DNA of 64,000 nt from Eledone cirrhosa (lineage: Eukaryota). The translations under genes were made by a program, and so were the position numbers. Location: the NCBI GenBank assembly GCA_964016885.1, contig OZ024764.1, forward strand, positions 19,034,001 to 19,098,000. The letters run 5' to 3'. Below the pieces are notes generated by a model. The model was not told where the DNA came from. It did not search any database and saw nothing but the letters and a program-made list of their open reading frames with translations. Shown in pieces: positions 12,251 through 25,700 of the stretch (positions are counted from its first letter, which is position 1; the number at the start of each line of letters is the position of its first letter).

Positions 12251-14959
12251 AGTGGTCATGTAGGTGTCACAACAAAAAGTACCCAGTCCACACTGTAAAG
12301 TGGACATGTAGGTGTCATGACAAAAAGTACCCAGTCCACACTGTAAAGTGGTCATGTAGGTGTCACAACAAAAAGTACCCAGTCCACACTGTAAAGTGGT
12401 CATGTAGGTGTCACAACAAAAAGTACCCAGTCCACACTGTAAAGTGGTCATGTAGGTGTCACAACAAAAAGTACCCAGGCCACCCTGTAAAGTGGTCATG
12501 TAGGTGTCACAACAAAATATACCCAGTCCACACTGTAAAGTGATCATGTAGGTGTCACAACAAAAAGTACCCAGTCCACACTGTAAAGTGGTCATGTAGG
12601 TGTCACAACAAAAAGTACCCAGTCCACACTGTAAAGTGGTCATGTAGGTGTCACAACAAAAAGTACCCAGTCCACCCTGTAAAGTGGTCATATATGTGTC
12701 ACAACAAAAGGTACCCAGTCCACCCTGTAAAGTGGTCATGTATGTGTCACAACAAAAAGTACCCAGTCCACACTGTAAAGTGGTCATGTATGTGTCACAA
12801 CAAAAAGTACCCAGTCCACACTGTAAAGTGGTCATGTAGGTGTCACAACAAAAAGTACCCAGTCTACACTGTAAAGTGGTCATGTAGGTGTCACAACAAA
12901 ATATACCCAGTCCACACTGTAAAGTGATCATGTAGGTGTCACAACAAAAAGTACCCAGTCCACACTGTAAAGTGGTCATGTAGGTGTCACAACAAAAAGT
13001 ACCCAGTCCACACTGTAAAGTGGTCATGTAGGTGTCACAACAAAAAGTACCCAGTCCACCCTGTAAAGTGGTCATATATGTGTCACAACAAAAGGTACCC
13101 AGTCCACCCTGTAAAGTGGTCATGTATGTGTCACAACAAAAAGTACCCAGTCCACACTGTAAAGTAGTCATGTATGTGTCACAACAAAAAGTACCCAGTC
13201 CACACTGTAAAGTGGTCATGTAGGTGTCACAACAAAAAGTACCCAGTCCACACTGTAAAGTGGTCATGTATGTGTCACAACAAAAAGTACCCAGTCCACA
13301 CTGTAAAGTGGTCAAATAGGTGTCACAACAAAAAGTACCCAGTCCACACTGTAAAGTGGTCATGTAGGTGTCATAACAAAAAGTACCCAGTCCACACTGT
13401 AGAGTGGTCAGGTAGGTATCATGACAAAAAGTACCCAGTCCACACTGTAAAGTGGTCATGTAGGTGTCACAACAAAAAGTACCCAGTCCACACTGTAAAG
13501 TGGTCATGTATGTGTCACAACAAAAAGTACCCAGTCCACACTGTAAAGTGGTCATGTAGGTGTCACAACAAAAAGTACCCAGTCCACACTGTAAAGTGGT
13601 CATGTAGGTGTCATAACAAAAAGTACCCAGTCCACACTGTAGAGTGGTCAGGTAGGTATCATGACAAAAAGTACCCAGTCCACACTGTAAAGTGGTCATG
13701 TAGGTGTCACAACAAAAAGTACCCAGTCCACACTGTAAAGTGGTCATGTAGGTGTCACAACAAAAAGTACCCAGTCCACACTGTAAAGTGGTCATGTAGG
13801 TGTCACAACAAAAAGTACCCAGTCCACACTGTAAAGTGGTCATGTAGGTGTCATAACAAAAAGTACCCAGTCCACACTGTAAAGTGGTCAGGTAGGTGGC
13901 ACAACAAAAAGTACCCAGTCCACACTGTAAAGTGGTCATGTAGGTGTCACAACAAAAAGTACCAAGTCCACACTGTAAAGTGGTCATGTAAGTGTCACAA
14001 CAAAAAGTACCCAGTCCACACTGTAAAGTGGTCATGTATGTGTCACAACAAAAAGTACCCAGTCCACACTGTAAAGTGGTCATGTAGGTGTCACAACAAA
14101 AAGTACCCAGTCCACACTGTAGAGTGGTCAGGTAGGTATCATGACAAAAAGTACCCAGTCCACACTGTAAAGTGGTAATGTAGGTGTCACAAAAAAAAAC
14201 AACACCCAGTCCACACTGTAAAGTGGTCATGTAGGTGTCACGACAAAAAGTACCCAGTCCACCTCTGTAAAGTGGTCATGTAGGTGTCACAACAAAAAGT
14301 ACCCAGTCCACACTGTAAAGTGGTCATGTAGGTGTCACAACAAAAAGTACCCAGTCCACACTGTAAAGTGGTCATGTAGGTGTCATAACAAAAAGTACCC
14401 AGTCCACACTGTAAAGTGGTCAGGTAGGTGTCACAACAAAAAGTACCCAGTCCACACTGTAAAGTGGTCATGTAGGTGTCACACAAAAAGTACCCAGTCC
14501 ACACTGTAAAGTGGTCATGTAGGTGTCATAACAAAAAGTACCCAGTCCACACTGTAAAGTGGTCAGGTAGGTGGCACAACAAAAAGTACCCAGTCCACAC
14601 TGTAAAGTGGTCATGTAGGTGTCACAACAAAAAGTACCAAGTCCACACTGTAGAGAGGTCAGGTAGGTATCATGACAAAAAGTACCCAGTCCACACTGTA
14701 AAGTGGTCATGTAGGTGTCACAAAAAAAAACAACACCCAGTCCACACTGTAAAGTGGTCATGTAGGTGTCACAACAAAAAGTACCAAGTCCACACTGTAG
14801 AGTGGTCAGGTAGGTATCATGACAAAAAGTACCCAGTCCACACTGTAAGGTGGTCATGTAGGTATCATGACAAAAAGTACCCAGTCCACACTGTAAAGTG
14901 GTAATGTAGGTGTCACAAAAAAAAACAACACCCAGTCCACACTGTAAAGTGGTCATGTA

Positions 14960-17900
14960 GGTGTCACGACAAAAAGTACCCAGTCCACCTCTGTAAAGTG
15001 GTCATGTAGGTGTCACAACAAAAAGTACCCAGTCCACACTGTAAAGTGGTCATGTAGGTGTCACAACAAAAAGTACCCAGTCCACACTGTAATGTGGTCA
15101 TGTAGGTGTCACAACAAAAAGTACTCAGTCCATACTGTAAAGTGGTCATGTAGGTGTCACAACAAAAAGTACCCAGTCCACACTGTAAAGTGGTCATGTA
15201 GCTGTCACAACAAAAAGTACCCAATCCACACTGTAATGTGGTCATACAGGTTTCACAACAAAAAGTACCCAGTCCACACTGTAATGTGGTCATATAGGTG
15301 TCGCAACAAAAAGTAGCCAGTCCACACTGTAAAGTGGTGATGTAGGTGTCACAACAAAAAGTACCCAGTCCACACTGTAAAGTGGACATGTAGGTGTCAT
15401 GACAAAAAGTACCCAGTCCACACTGTAAAGTGGTCATGTAGGTGTCACAACAAAAAGTACCCAGTCCACACTGTAAAGTGGTCATGTAGGTGTCACAACA
15501 AAAAGTACCCAGTCCACACTGTAAAGTGGTCATGTAGGTGTCACAACAAAAAGTACCCAGGCCACACTGTAAAGTGGTCATGTAGGTGTCACAACAAAAT
15601 ATACCCAGTCCACACTGTAAAGTGGTCATGTAGGTGTCACAACAAAAAGTACCCAGTCCACACTGTAAAGTGGTCATGTAGGTGTCACAACAAAAAGTAC
15701 CCAGTCCACACTGTAAAGTGGTCATGTAGGTGTCACAACAAAAAGTACCCAGTCCACCCTGTAAAGTGGTCATATATGTGTCACAACAAAAGGTACCCAG
15801 TCCACCCTGTAAAGTGGTCATGTATGTGTCACAACAAAAAGTACCCAGTCCACACTGTAAAGTGGACATGTAGGTGTCATAACAAAAAGTACCCAGTCCA
15901 CACTGTAAAGTGGTCATGTAGGTGTCACAACAAAAAGTACCCAGTCCACACTGTAAAGTGGTCATGTAGGTGTCACAACAAAAAGTACCCAGGCCACACT
16001 GTAAAGTGGTCATGTAGGTGTCACAACAAAAAGTACCCAGTCCACACTGTAAAGTGGTCATGTAGGTGTCACAACAAAAAGTACCCAGTCCACACTGTAA
16101 AGTGGTCATGTAGGTGTCACAACAAAAAGTACCCAGTCCACACTGTAAAGTGGTGATGTAGGTGTCACAACAAAAAGTACCCAGTCCACACTGTAAAGTG
16201 GACATGTAGGTGTCATGACAAAAAGTACCCAGTCCACACTGTAAAGTGGTCATGTAGGTGTCACAACAAAAAGTACCCAGTCCACACTGTAAAGTGGTCA
16301 TGTAGGTGTCACAACAAAAAGTACCCAGTCCACACTGTAAAGTGGTCATGTAGGTGTCACAACAAAAAGTACCCAGGCCACACTGTAAAGCGGTCATGTA
16401 GGTGTCACAACAAAAAGTACCCAGTCCACACTGTAGAGTGGTCATGTAGGTGTCACAACAAAAAGTACCCAGTCCACCCTGTAAAGTGGTCATATATGTG
16501 TCACAACAAAAGGTACCCAGTCCACCCTGTAAAGTGGTCATGTATGTGTCACAACAAAAAGTACCCAGTCCACACTGTAAAGTGGTGATGTAGGTGTCAC
16601 AACAAAAAGTACCCAGTCCACACTGTAAAGTGGACATGTAGGTGTCATGACAAAAAGTACCCAGTCCACACTGTAAAGTGGTCATGTAGGTGTCACAACA
16701 AAAAGTACCCAGTCCACACTGTAAAGTGGTCATGTAGGTGTCACAACAAAAAGTACCCAGTCCACACTGTAAAGTGGTCATGTAGGTGTCACAACAAAAA
16801 GTACCCAGGCCACACTGTAAAGTGGTCATGTAGGTGTCACAACAAAAAGTACCCAGTCCACACTGTAAAGTGGTCATGTAGGTCTCACAACAAAAAGTAC
16901 CCAGTCCACCCTGTAAAGTGGTCATATATGTGTCACAACAAAAGGTACCCAGTCCACCCTGTAAAGTGGTCATGTATGTGTCACAACAAAAAGTACCCAG
17001 TCCACACTGTAAAGTGGTCATGTATGTGTCACAACAAAAAGTACCCAGTCCACACTGTAAAGTGGTCATGTAGGTGTCACAACAAAAAGTACCCAGTCCA
17101 CACTGTAAAGTGGTCATGTAGGTGTCACAACAAAAAGTACCCAGTCCACACTGTAAAGTGGTCATGTAGGTGTCACAACAAAAAGTACCCAGCCCACACT
17201 GTAAAGTGGTCATGTAGGTGTCACAACAAAAAGTACCCAGTCCACACTGTAAAGTGGTCATGTAGGTGTCACAACAAAAAGTACCCAGTCCACCCTGTAA
17301 AGTGGTCATATATGTGTCACAACAAAAAGTACCCAGTCCACCCTGTAAAGTGGTCATGTATGTGTCACAACAAAAAGTACCCAGTCCACACTGTAAAGTG
17401 GTCATGTATGTGTCACAACAAAATTACCCAGTCCACACTGTAAAGTGGTCATGTAGGTGTCACAACAAAAAGTACCCAGTCCACACTGTAAAGTGGTCAT
17501 GTAGGTGTCATAACAAAAAGTACCCAGTCCACACTGTAGAGTGGTCAGGTAGGTATCATGACAAAAAGTACCCAGTCCACACTGTAAAGTGGTCATGTAG
17601 GTGTCACAACAAAAAGTACCCAGTCCACACTGTAAAGTGGTCATGTAGGTGTCATAACAAAAAGTACCCAGTCCACACTATAAAGTGGTCAGGTAGGTGT
17701 CACAACAAAAAATACCCAGTCCACACTGTAAAGTGGTCATGTAGGTGTCACAACAAAAAGTACCCAGTCCACACTGTAAAGTGGTCATGTAGGTGTCATA
17801 ACAAAAAGTACCCAGTCCACACTGTAAAGTGGTCAGATAGGTGTCACAACAAAAAGTACCCAGTCCACACTGTAAAGTGGTCATGTAGGTGTCATGACAA

Positions 17901-20900
17901 AAAGTACCCAGTCCACACTGTAACGTGGTCATGTAGGTGTCACAACAAAAAGTACCCAGTCCACACTGTAAAGTGGTCATGTAGGTGTCACAACAAAAAG
18001 TACCCAGTCCACACTGTAAAGTGGTCATGTAGGTGTCACAACAAAAAGTACCCAGTCCACACTGTAAAGTGGTCATGTAGGTGTCACAACAAAAAGTACC
18101 CAGTCCACCCTGTAAAGTGGTCATATATGTGTCACAACAAAAATTACCCAGTCCACCCTGTAAAGTGGTCATGTATGTGTCACAACAAAAAGTACCCAGT
18201 CCACACTGTAAAGTGGTCATGTATGTGTCACAACAAAAAGTACCCAGTCCACACTGTAAAGTGGTCATGTAGGTGTCACAACAAAAAGTACCCAGTCCAC
18301 ACTGTAAAGTGGTCATGTAGGTGTCATAACAAAAAGTACCCAGTCCACACTGTAGAGTGGTCAGGTAGGTATCATGACAAAAAGTACCCAGTCCACACTG
18401 TAAAGTGGTCATGTAGGTGTCACAACAAAAAGTACCCAGTCCACACTGTAAAGTGGTCATGTAGGTGTCATAACAAAAAGTACCCAGTCCACACTGTAAA
18501 GTGGTCATGTAGGTGTCACAACAAAAAGTACCCAGTCCACACTGTAAAGTGGTCATGTAGGTGTCATAACAAAAAGTACCCAGTCCACACTGTAAAGTGG
18601 GCAGGTAGGTGTCACAACAAAAAGTACCCAGTCCACACTGTAAAGTGGTCATGTAGGTGTCACAACAAAAAGTACCCAGTCCACACTGTAAAGTGGTCAT
18701 GTATGTGTCACAACAAAAAGTACCCAGTCCACACTGTAAAGTGGTCATGTAGGTGTCACAACAAAAAGTACCCAGTCCACACTGTAAAGTGGTCATGTAG
18801 GTGTCATAACAAAAAGTACCCAGTCCACACTGTAGAGTGGTCAGGTAGGTATCATGACAAAAAGTACCCAGTCCACACTGTAAAGTGGTCATGTAGGTGT
18901 CACAACAAAAAGTACCCAGTCCACACTGTAAAGTGGTCAGGTAGGTGTCACAACAAAAAGTACCCAGTCCACACTGTAAAGTGGTCATGTAGGTGTCATA
19001 ACAAAAAGTACCCAGTCCACACTGTAAAGTGGTCAGGTAGGTGGCACAACAAAAAGTACCCAGTCCACACTGTAAAGTGGTCATGTAGGTGTCACAACAA
19101 AAAGTACCAAGTCCACACTGTAGAGTGGTCAGGTAGGTATCATGACAAAAAGTACCCAGTCCACACTGTAAAGTGGTCATGTAGGTGTCATAACAAAAAG
19201 TACCCAGTCCACACTGTAAAGTGGTCAGGTAGGTGGTACAACAAAAAGTACCCAGTCCACACTGTAAAGTGGTCATGTAGGTGTCACAACAAAAAGTACC
19301 AAGTCCACACTGTAGAGTGGTCAGGTAGGTATCATGACAAAAAGTACCCAGTCCACACTGTAAAGTGGTCATGTAGGTATCATGACAAAAAGTACCCAGT
19401 CCACACTGTAAAGTGGTAATGTAGGTGTCACAAAAAAAAACAACACCCAGTCCACACTGTAAAGTGGTCATGTATGTGTCACAACAAAAAGTACCCAGTC
19501 CACACTGTAAAGTGGTCATGTAGGTGTCACGACAAAAAGTACCGAGTCCACACTGTAAAGTGGTCATGTAGGTGTCATAACAAAAAGTACCCAGTCCACA
19601 CTGTAAAGTGGTCATGTAGGTGTCACAACAAAAAGTACCCAGTCCACACTGTAGAGTGGTCATGTAGGTGTCACAACAAAAAGTACCCAGTCCACACTGT
19701 AAAGTGGTCATGTAGGTGTCATAACAAAAAGTACCCAGTCCACACTGTAGAGCGGTCAGGTAGGTATCATGACAAAAAGTACCCAGTCCACACTGTAAAG
19801 TGGTCATGTAGGTGTCACAACAAAAAGTACCCAGTCCACACTGTAAAGTAGTCATGTAGGTGTCATAACAAAAAGTACCCAGTCCACACTGTAAAGTGGT
19901 CAGGTAGGTGTCACAACAAAAAGTACCCAGTCCACACTGTAAAGTGGTCATGTAGGTGTCACAACAAAAAGTACCCAGTCCACACTGTAAAGTGGTCATG
20001 TAGGTGTCATAACAAAAAGTACCCAGTCCACACTGTAAAGTGGTCAGGTAGGTGTCACAACAAAAAGTACCCAGTCCACACTGTAAAGTGGTCATGTAGG
20101 TGTCACAACAAAAAGTACCCAGTCCACACTGTAAAGTGGTCATGTATGTGTCACAACAAAAAGTACCCAGTCCACACTGTAAAGTGGTCATGTAGGTGTC
20201 ACAACAAAAAGTACCCAGTCCACACTGTAAAGTGGTCATGTAGGTGTCATAACAAAAAGTACCCAGTCCACACTGTAGAGTGGTCAGGTAGGTATCATGA
20301 CAAAAAGTACCCAGTCCACACTGTAAAGTGGTCATGTAGGTGGCACAACAAAAAGTACCCAGTCCACACTGTAAAGTAGTCATGTAGGTGTCATAACAAA
20401 AAGTACCCAGTCCACACTGTAAAGTGGTCAGGTAGGTGTCACAACAAAAAGTACCCAGTCCACACTGTAAAGTGGTCATGTAGGTGTCACAACAAAAAGT
20501 ACCCAGTCCACACTGTAAAGTGGTCAGGTAGGTGTCACAACAAAAAGTACCCAGTCCACACTGTAAAGTGGTCATGTAGGTGTCACAACAAAAAGTACCC
20601 AGTCCACACTGTAAAGTGGTCATGTATGTGTCACAACAAAAAGTACCCAGTCCACACTGTAAAGTGGTCATGTAGGTGTCACAACAAAAAGTACCCAGTC
20701 CACACTGTAAAGTGGTCATGTAGGTGTCATAACAAAAAGTACCCAGTCCACACTGTAGAGTGGTCAGGTAGGTATCATGACAAAAAGTACCCGGTCCACA
20801 CTGTAAAGTGGTAATGTAGGTGTCACAAAAAAAAACAACACCCAGTCCACACTGTAAAGTGGTCATGTAGGTGTCACGACAAAAAGTACCCAGTCCACCT

Positions 20901-21840
20901 CTGTAAAGTGGTCATGTAGGTGTCACAACAAAAAGTACCCAGTCCACACTGTAAAGTGGTCATGTAGGTGTCACAACAAAAAGTACCCAGTCCACACTGT
21001 AAAGTGGTCAGGTAGGTGGCACAACAAAAAGTACCCAGTCCACACTGTAAAGTGGTCATGTAGGTGTCACAACAAAAAGTACCAAGTCCACACTGTAGAG
21101 AGGTCAGGTAGGTATCATGACAAAAAGTACCCAGTCCACACTGTAAAGTGGTCATGTAGGTATCATGACAAAAAGTACCCAGTCCACACTGTAAAGTGGT
21201 AATGTAGGTGTCACAAAAAAAAACAACACCCAGTCCACACTGTAAAGTGGTCATGTAGGTGTCACGACAAAAAGTACCCAGTCCCCCTCTGTAAAGTGGT
21301 CATGTAGGTGTCACAACAAAAAGTACCCAGTCCACACTGTAAAGTGGTCATGTAGGTGTCACAACAAAAAGTACCCAGTCCACACTGTAAAGTGGTCATG
21401 TAGGTGTCATAACAAAAAGTACCCAGTCCACACTGTAAAGTGGTCAGGTAGGTGTCACAACAAAAAGTACCCAGTCCACACTGTAAAGTGGTCATGTAGG
21501 TGTCATAACAAAAAGTACCCAGTCCACACTGTAAAGTGGTCATGTAGGTGTCATAACAAAAAGTACCCAGTCCACACTGTAAAGTGGTCAGGTAGGTGGC
21601 ACAACAAAAAGTACCCAGTCCACACTGTAAAGTGGTCATGTAGGTGTCACAACAAAAAGTACCAAGTCCACACTGTAGAGTGGTCAGGTAGGTATCATGA
21701 CAAAAAGTACCCAGTCCACACTGTAAAGTGGTCATGTAGGTATCATGACAAAAAGTACCCAGTCCACACTGTAAAGTGGTAATGTAGGTGTCACAAAAAA
21801 AAAACAACACCCAGTCCACACTGTAAAGTGGTCATGTAGG
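14960..21840 (+). repeat. One full variant cycle (A-domain plus B-domain, ~6.9 kb, ~143 monomers); the next cycle starts ~21843
   Basis: ORF landmarks 14964/21843 and 15092/21971 are offset by 6879 bp. The variant order is similar apart from small monomer gains and losses. Confidence 0.7.
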
Positions 21841-22793
21841 TGTCACGACAAAAAGTACCCAGTCCACCTCTGTAAAGTGGTCATGTAGGTGTCACAACAA
21901 AAAGTACCCAGTCCACACTGTAAAGTGGTCATGTAGGTGTCACAACAAAAAGTACCCAGTCCACACTGTAATGTGGTCATGTAGGTGTCACAACAAAAAG
22001 TACTCAGTCCATACTGTAAAGTGGTCATGTAGGTGTCACAACAAAAAGTACCCAGTCCACCCTGTAAAGTGGTCATGTAGGTGTCACAACAAAAAGTACC
22101 CAGTCCACACTGTAAAGTGGTCATGTAGCTGTCACAACAAAAAGTACCCAATCCACACTGTAATGTGGTCATACAGGTTTCACAACAAAAAGTACCCAGT
22201 CCACACTGTAATGTGGTCATATAGGTGTCGCAACAAAAAGTACCCAGTCCACACTGTAAAGTGGTGATGTAGGTGTCACAACAAAAAGTACCCAGTCCAC
22301 ACTGTAAAGTGGACATGTAGGTGTCATGACAAAAAGTACCCAGTCCACACTGTAAAGTGGTCATGTAGGTGTCACAACAAAAAGTACCCAGTCCGCACTG
22401 TAAAGTGGTCATGTAGGTGTCACAACAAAAAGTACCCAGTCCACACTGTAAAGTGGTCATGTAGGTGTCACAACAAAAAGTACCCAGGCCACACTGTAAA
22501 GTGGTCATGTAGGTGTCACAACAAAATATACCCAGTCCACACTGTAAAGTGGTCATGTAGGTGTCACAACAAAAAGTACCCAGTCCACACTGTAAAGTGG
22601 TCATGTAGGTGTCACAACAAAAAGTACCCAGTCCACACTGTAAAGTGGTCATGTAGGTGTCACAACAAAAAGTACCCAGTCCACCCTGTAAAGTGGTCAT
22701 ATATGTGTCACAACAAAAGGTACCCAGTCCACCATGTAAAGTGGTCATGTATGTGTCACAACAAAAAGTACCCAGTCCACACTGTAAAGTGGA

Positions 22794-25700
22794 CGTGTAG
22801 GTGTCATAACAAAAAGTACCCAGTCCACACTGTAAAGTGGTCATGTAGGTGTCACAACAAAAAGTACCCAGTCCACACTGTAAAGTGGTCATGTAGGTGT
22901 CACAACAAAAAGTACCCAGTCCACACTGTAAAGTGGTCATGTAGGTGTCACAACAAAAAGTACCCAGGCCACACTGTAAAGTGGTCATGTAGGTGTCACA
23001 ACAAAAAGTACCCAGTCCACACTGTAAAGTGGTCATGTAGGTGTCACAACAAAAAGTACCCAGTCCACACTGTAAAGTGGTCATGTAGGTGTCACAACAA
23101 AAAGTACCCAGTCCACACTGTAAAGTGGTGATGTAGGTGTCACAACAAAAAGTACCCAGTCCACACTGTAAAGTGGACATGTAGGTGTCATGACAAAAAG
23201 TACCCAGTCCACACTGTAAAGTGGTCATGTAGGTGTCACAACAAAAAGTACCCAGTCCACACTGTAAAGTGGTCATGTAGGTGTCACAACAAAAAGTACC
23301 CAGTCCACACTGTAAAGTGGTCATGTAGGTGTCACAACAAAAAGTACCCAGGCCACACTGTAAAGCGGTCATGTAGGTGTCACAACAAAAAGTACCCAGT
23401 CCACACTGTAAAGTGGTCATGTAGGTGTCACAACAAAAAGTACCCAGTCCACCCTGTAAAGTGGTCATATATGTGTCACAACAAAAGGTACCCAGTCCAC
23501 CCTGTAAAGTGGTCATGTATGTGTCACAACAAAAAGTACCCAGTCCACACTGTAAAGTGGTGATGTAGGTGTCACAACAAAAAGTACCCAGTCCACACTG
23601 TAAAGTGGACATGTAGGTGTCATGACAAAAAGTACCCAGTCCACACTGTAAAGTGGTCATGTAGGTGTCACAACAAAAAGTACCCAGTCCACACTGTAAA
23701 GTGGTCATGTAGGTGTCACAACAAAAAGTACCCAGGCCACACTGTAAAGTGGTCATGTAGGTGTCACAACAAAAAGTACCCAGTCCACACTGTAAAGTGG
23801 TCATGTAGGTGTCACAACAAAAAGTACCCAGTCCACCCTGTAAAGTGGTCATATATGTGTCACAACAAAAGGTACCCAGTCCACCCTGTAAAGTGGTCAT
23901 GTATGTGTCACAACAAAAAGTACCCAGTCCACACTGTAAAGTGGTCATGTATGTGTCACAACAAAAAGTACCCAGTCCACACTGTAAAGTGGTCATGTAG
24001 GTGTCACAACAAAAAGTACCCAGTCCACACTGTAAAGTGGTCATGTAGGTGTCACAACAAAAAGTACCCAGTCCACACTGTAAAGTGGTCATGTAGGTGT
24101 CACAACAAAAAGTACCCAGTCCACACTGTAAAGTGGTCATGTAGGTATCACAACAAAAAGTACCCAGTCCACACTGTAAAGTGGTCATGTAGGTGTCACA
24201 ACAAAAAGTACCCAGTCCAGCCTGTAAAGTGGTCATATATGTGTCACAACAAAAAGTACCCAGTCCACCCTGTAAAGTGGTCATGTATGTGTCACAACAA
24301 AAAGTACCCAGTCCACACTGTAAAGTGGTCATGTATGTGTCACAACAAAATTACCCAGTCCACACTGTAAAGTGGTCATGTAGGTGTCACAACAAAAAGT
24401 ACCCAATCCACACTGTAAAGTGGTCATGTAGGTGTCATAACAAAAAGTACCCAGTCCACACTGTAGAGTGGTCAGGTAGGTATCATGACAAAAAGTACCC
24501 AGTCCACACTATAAAGTGGTCAGGTAGGTGTCACAACAAAAAGTACCCAGTCCACACTGTAAAGTGGTCATGTAGGTGTCACAACAAAAAGTACCCAGTC
24601 CACACTGTAAAGTGGTCATGTAGGTGTCACAACAAAAAGTACCCAGTCCACACTGTAACGTGGTCATGTAGGTGTCACAACAAAAAGTACCCAGTCCACA
24701 CTGTAAAGTGGTCATGTAGGTGTCACAACAAAAAGTACCCAGTCCACACTGTAAAGTGGTCATGTAGGTGTCAGAACAAAAAGTACCCAGTCCACACTGT
24801 AAAGTGGTCATGTAGGTGTCACAACAAAAAGTACCCAGTCCACCCTGTAAAGTGGTCATATATGTGTCACAACAAAAATTACCCAGTCCACCCTGTAAAG
24901 TGGTCATGTATGTGTCACAACAAAAAGTACCCAGTCCACACTGTAAAGTGGTCATGTATGTGTCACAACAAAAAGTACCCAGTCCACACTGTAAAGTGGT
25001 CATGTAGGTGTCACAACAAAAAGTACCCAGTCCACACTGTAAAGTGGTCATGTAGGTGTCATAACAAAAAGTACCCAGTCCACACTGTAGAGTGGTCAGG
25101 TAGGTATCATGACAAAAAGTACCCAGTCCACACTGTAAAGTGGTCATGTAGGTGTCACAACAAAAAGTACCCAGTCCACACTGTAAAGTGGTCATGTAGG
25201 TGTCATAACAAAAAGTACCCAGTCCACACTGTAAAGTGGTCATGTAGGTGTCACAACAAAAAGTACCCAGTCCACACTGTAAAGTGGTCATGTAGGTGTC
25301 ACAACAAAAAGTACCCAGTCCACACTGTAAAGTGGTCATGTAGGTGTCATAACAAAAAGTACCCAGTCCACACTGTAAAGTGGGCAGGTAGGTGTCACAA
25401 CAAAAAGTACCCAGTCCACACTGTAAAGTGGTCATGTAGGTGTCACAACAAAAAGTACCCAGTCCACACTGTAAAGTGGTCATGTATGTGTCACAACAAA
25501 AAGTACCCAGTCCACACTGTAAAGTGGTCATGTAGGTGTCATAACAAAAAGTACCCAGTCCACACTGTAGAGTGGTCAGGTAGGTATCATGACAAAAAGT
25601 ACCCAGTCCACACTGTAAAGTGGTCATGTAGGTGTCACAACAAAAAGTACCCAGTCCACACTGTAAAGTGGTCATGTAGGTGTCATAACAAAAAGTACCC

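Noticed and set aside
21795-21804. Singleton length variants (A10 here; 46-bp CATATATGTCAC monomer at ~43108) as meaningful
   Set aside because: Single occurrences in homopolymer or dinucleotide contexts are equally consistent with slippage or sequencing error.
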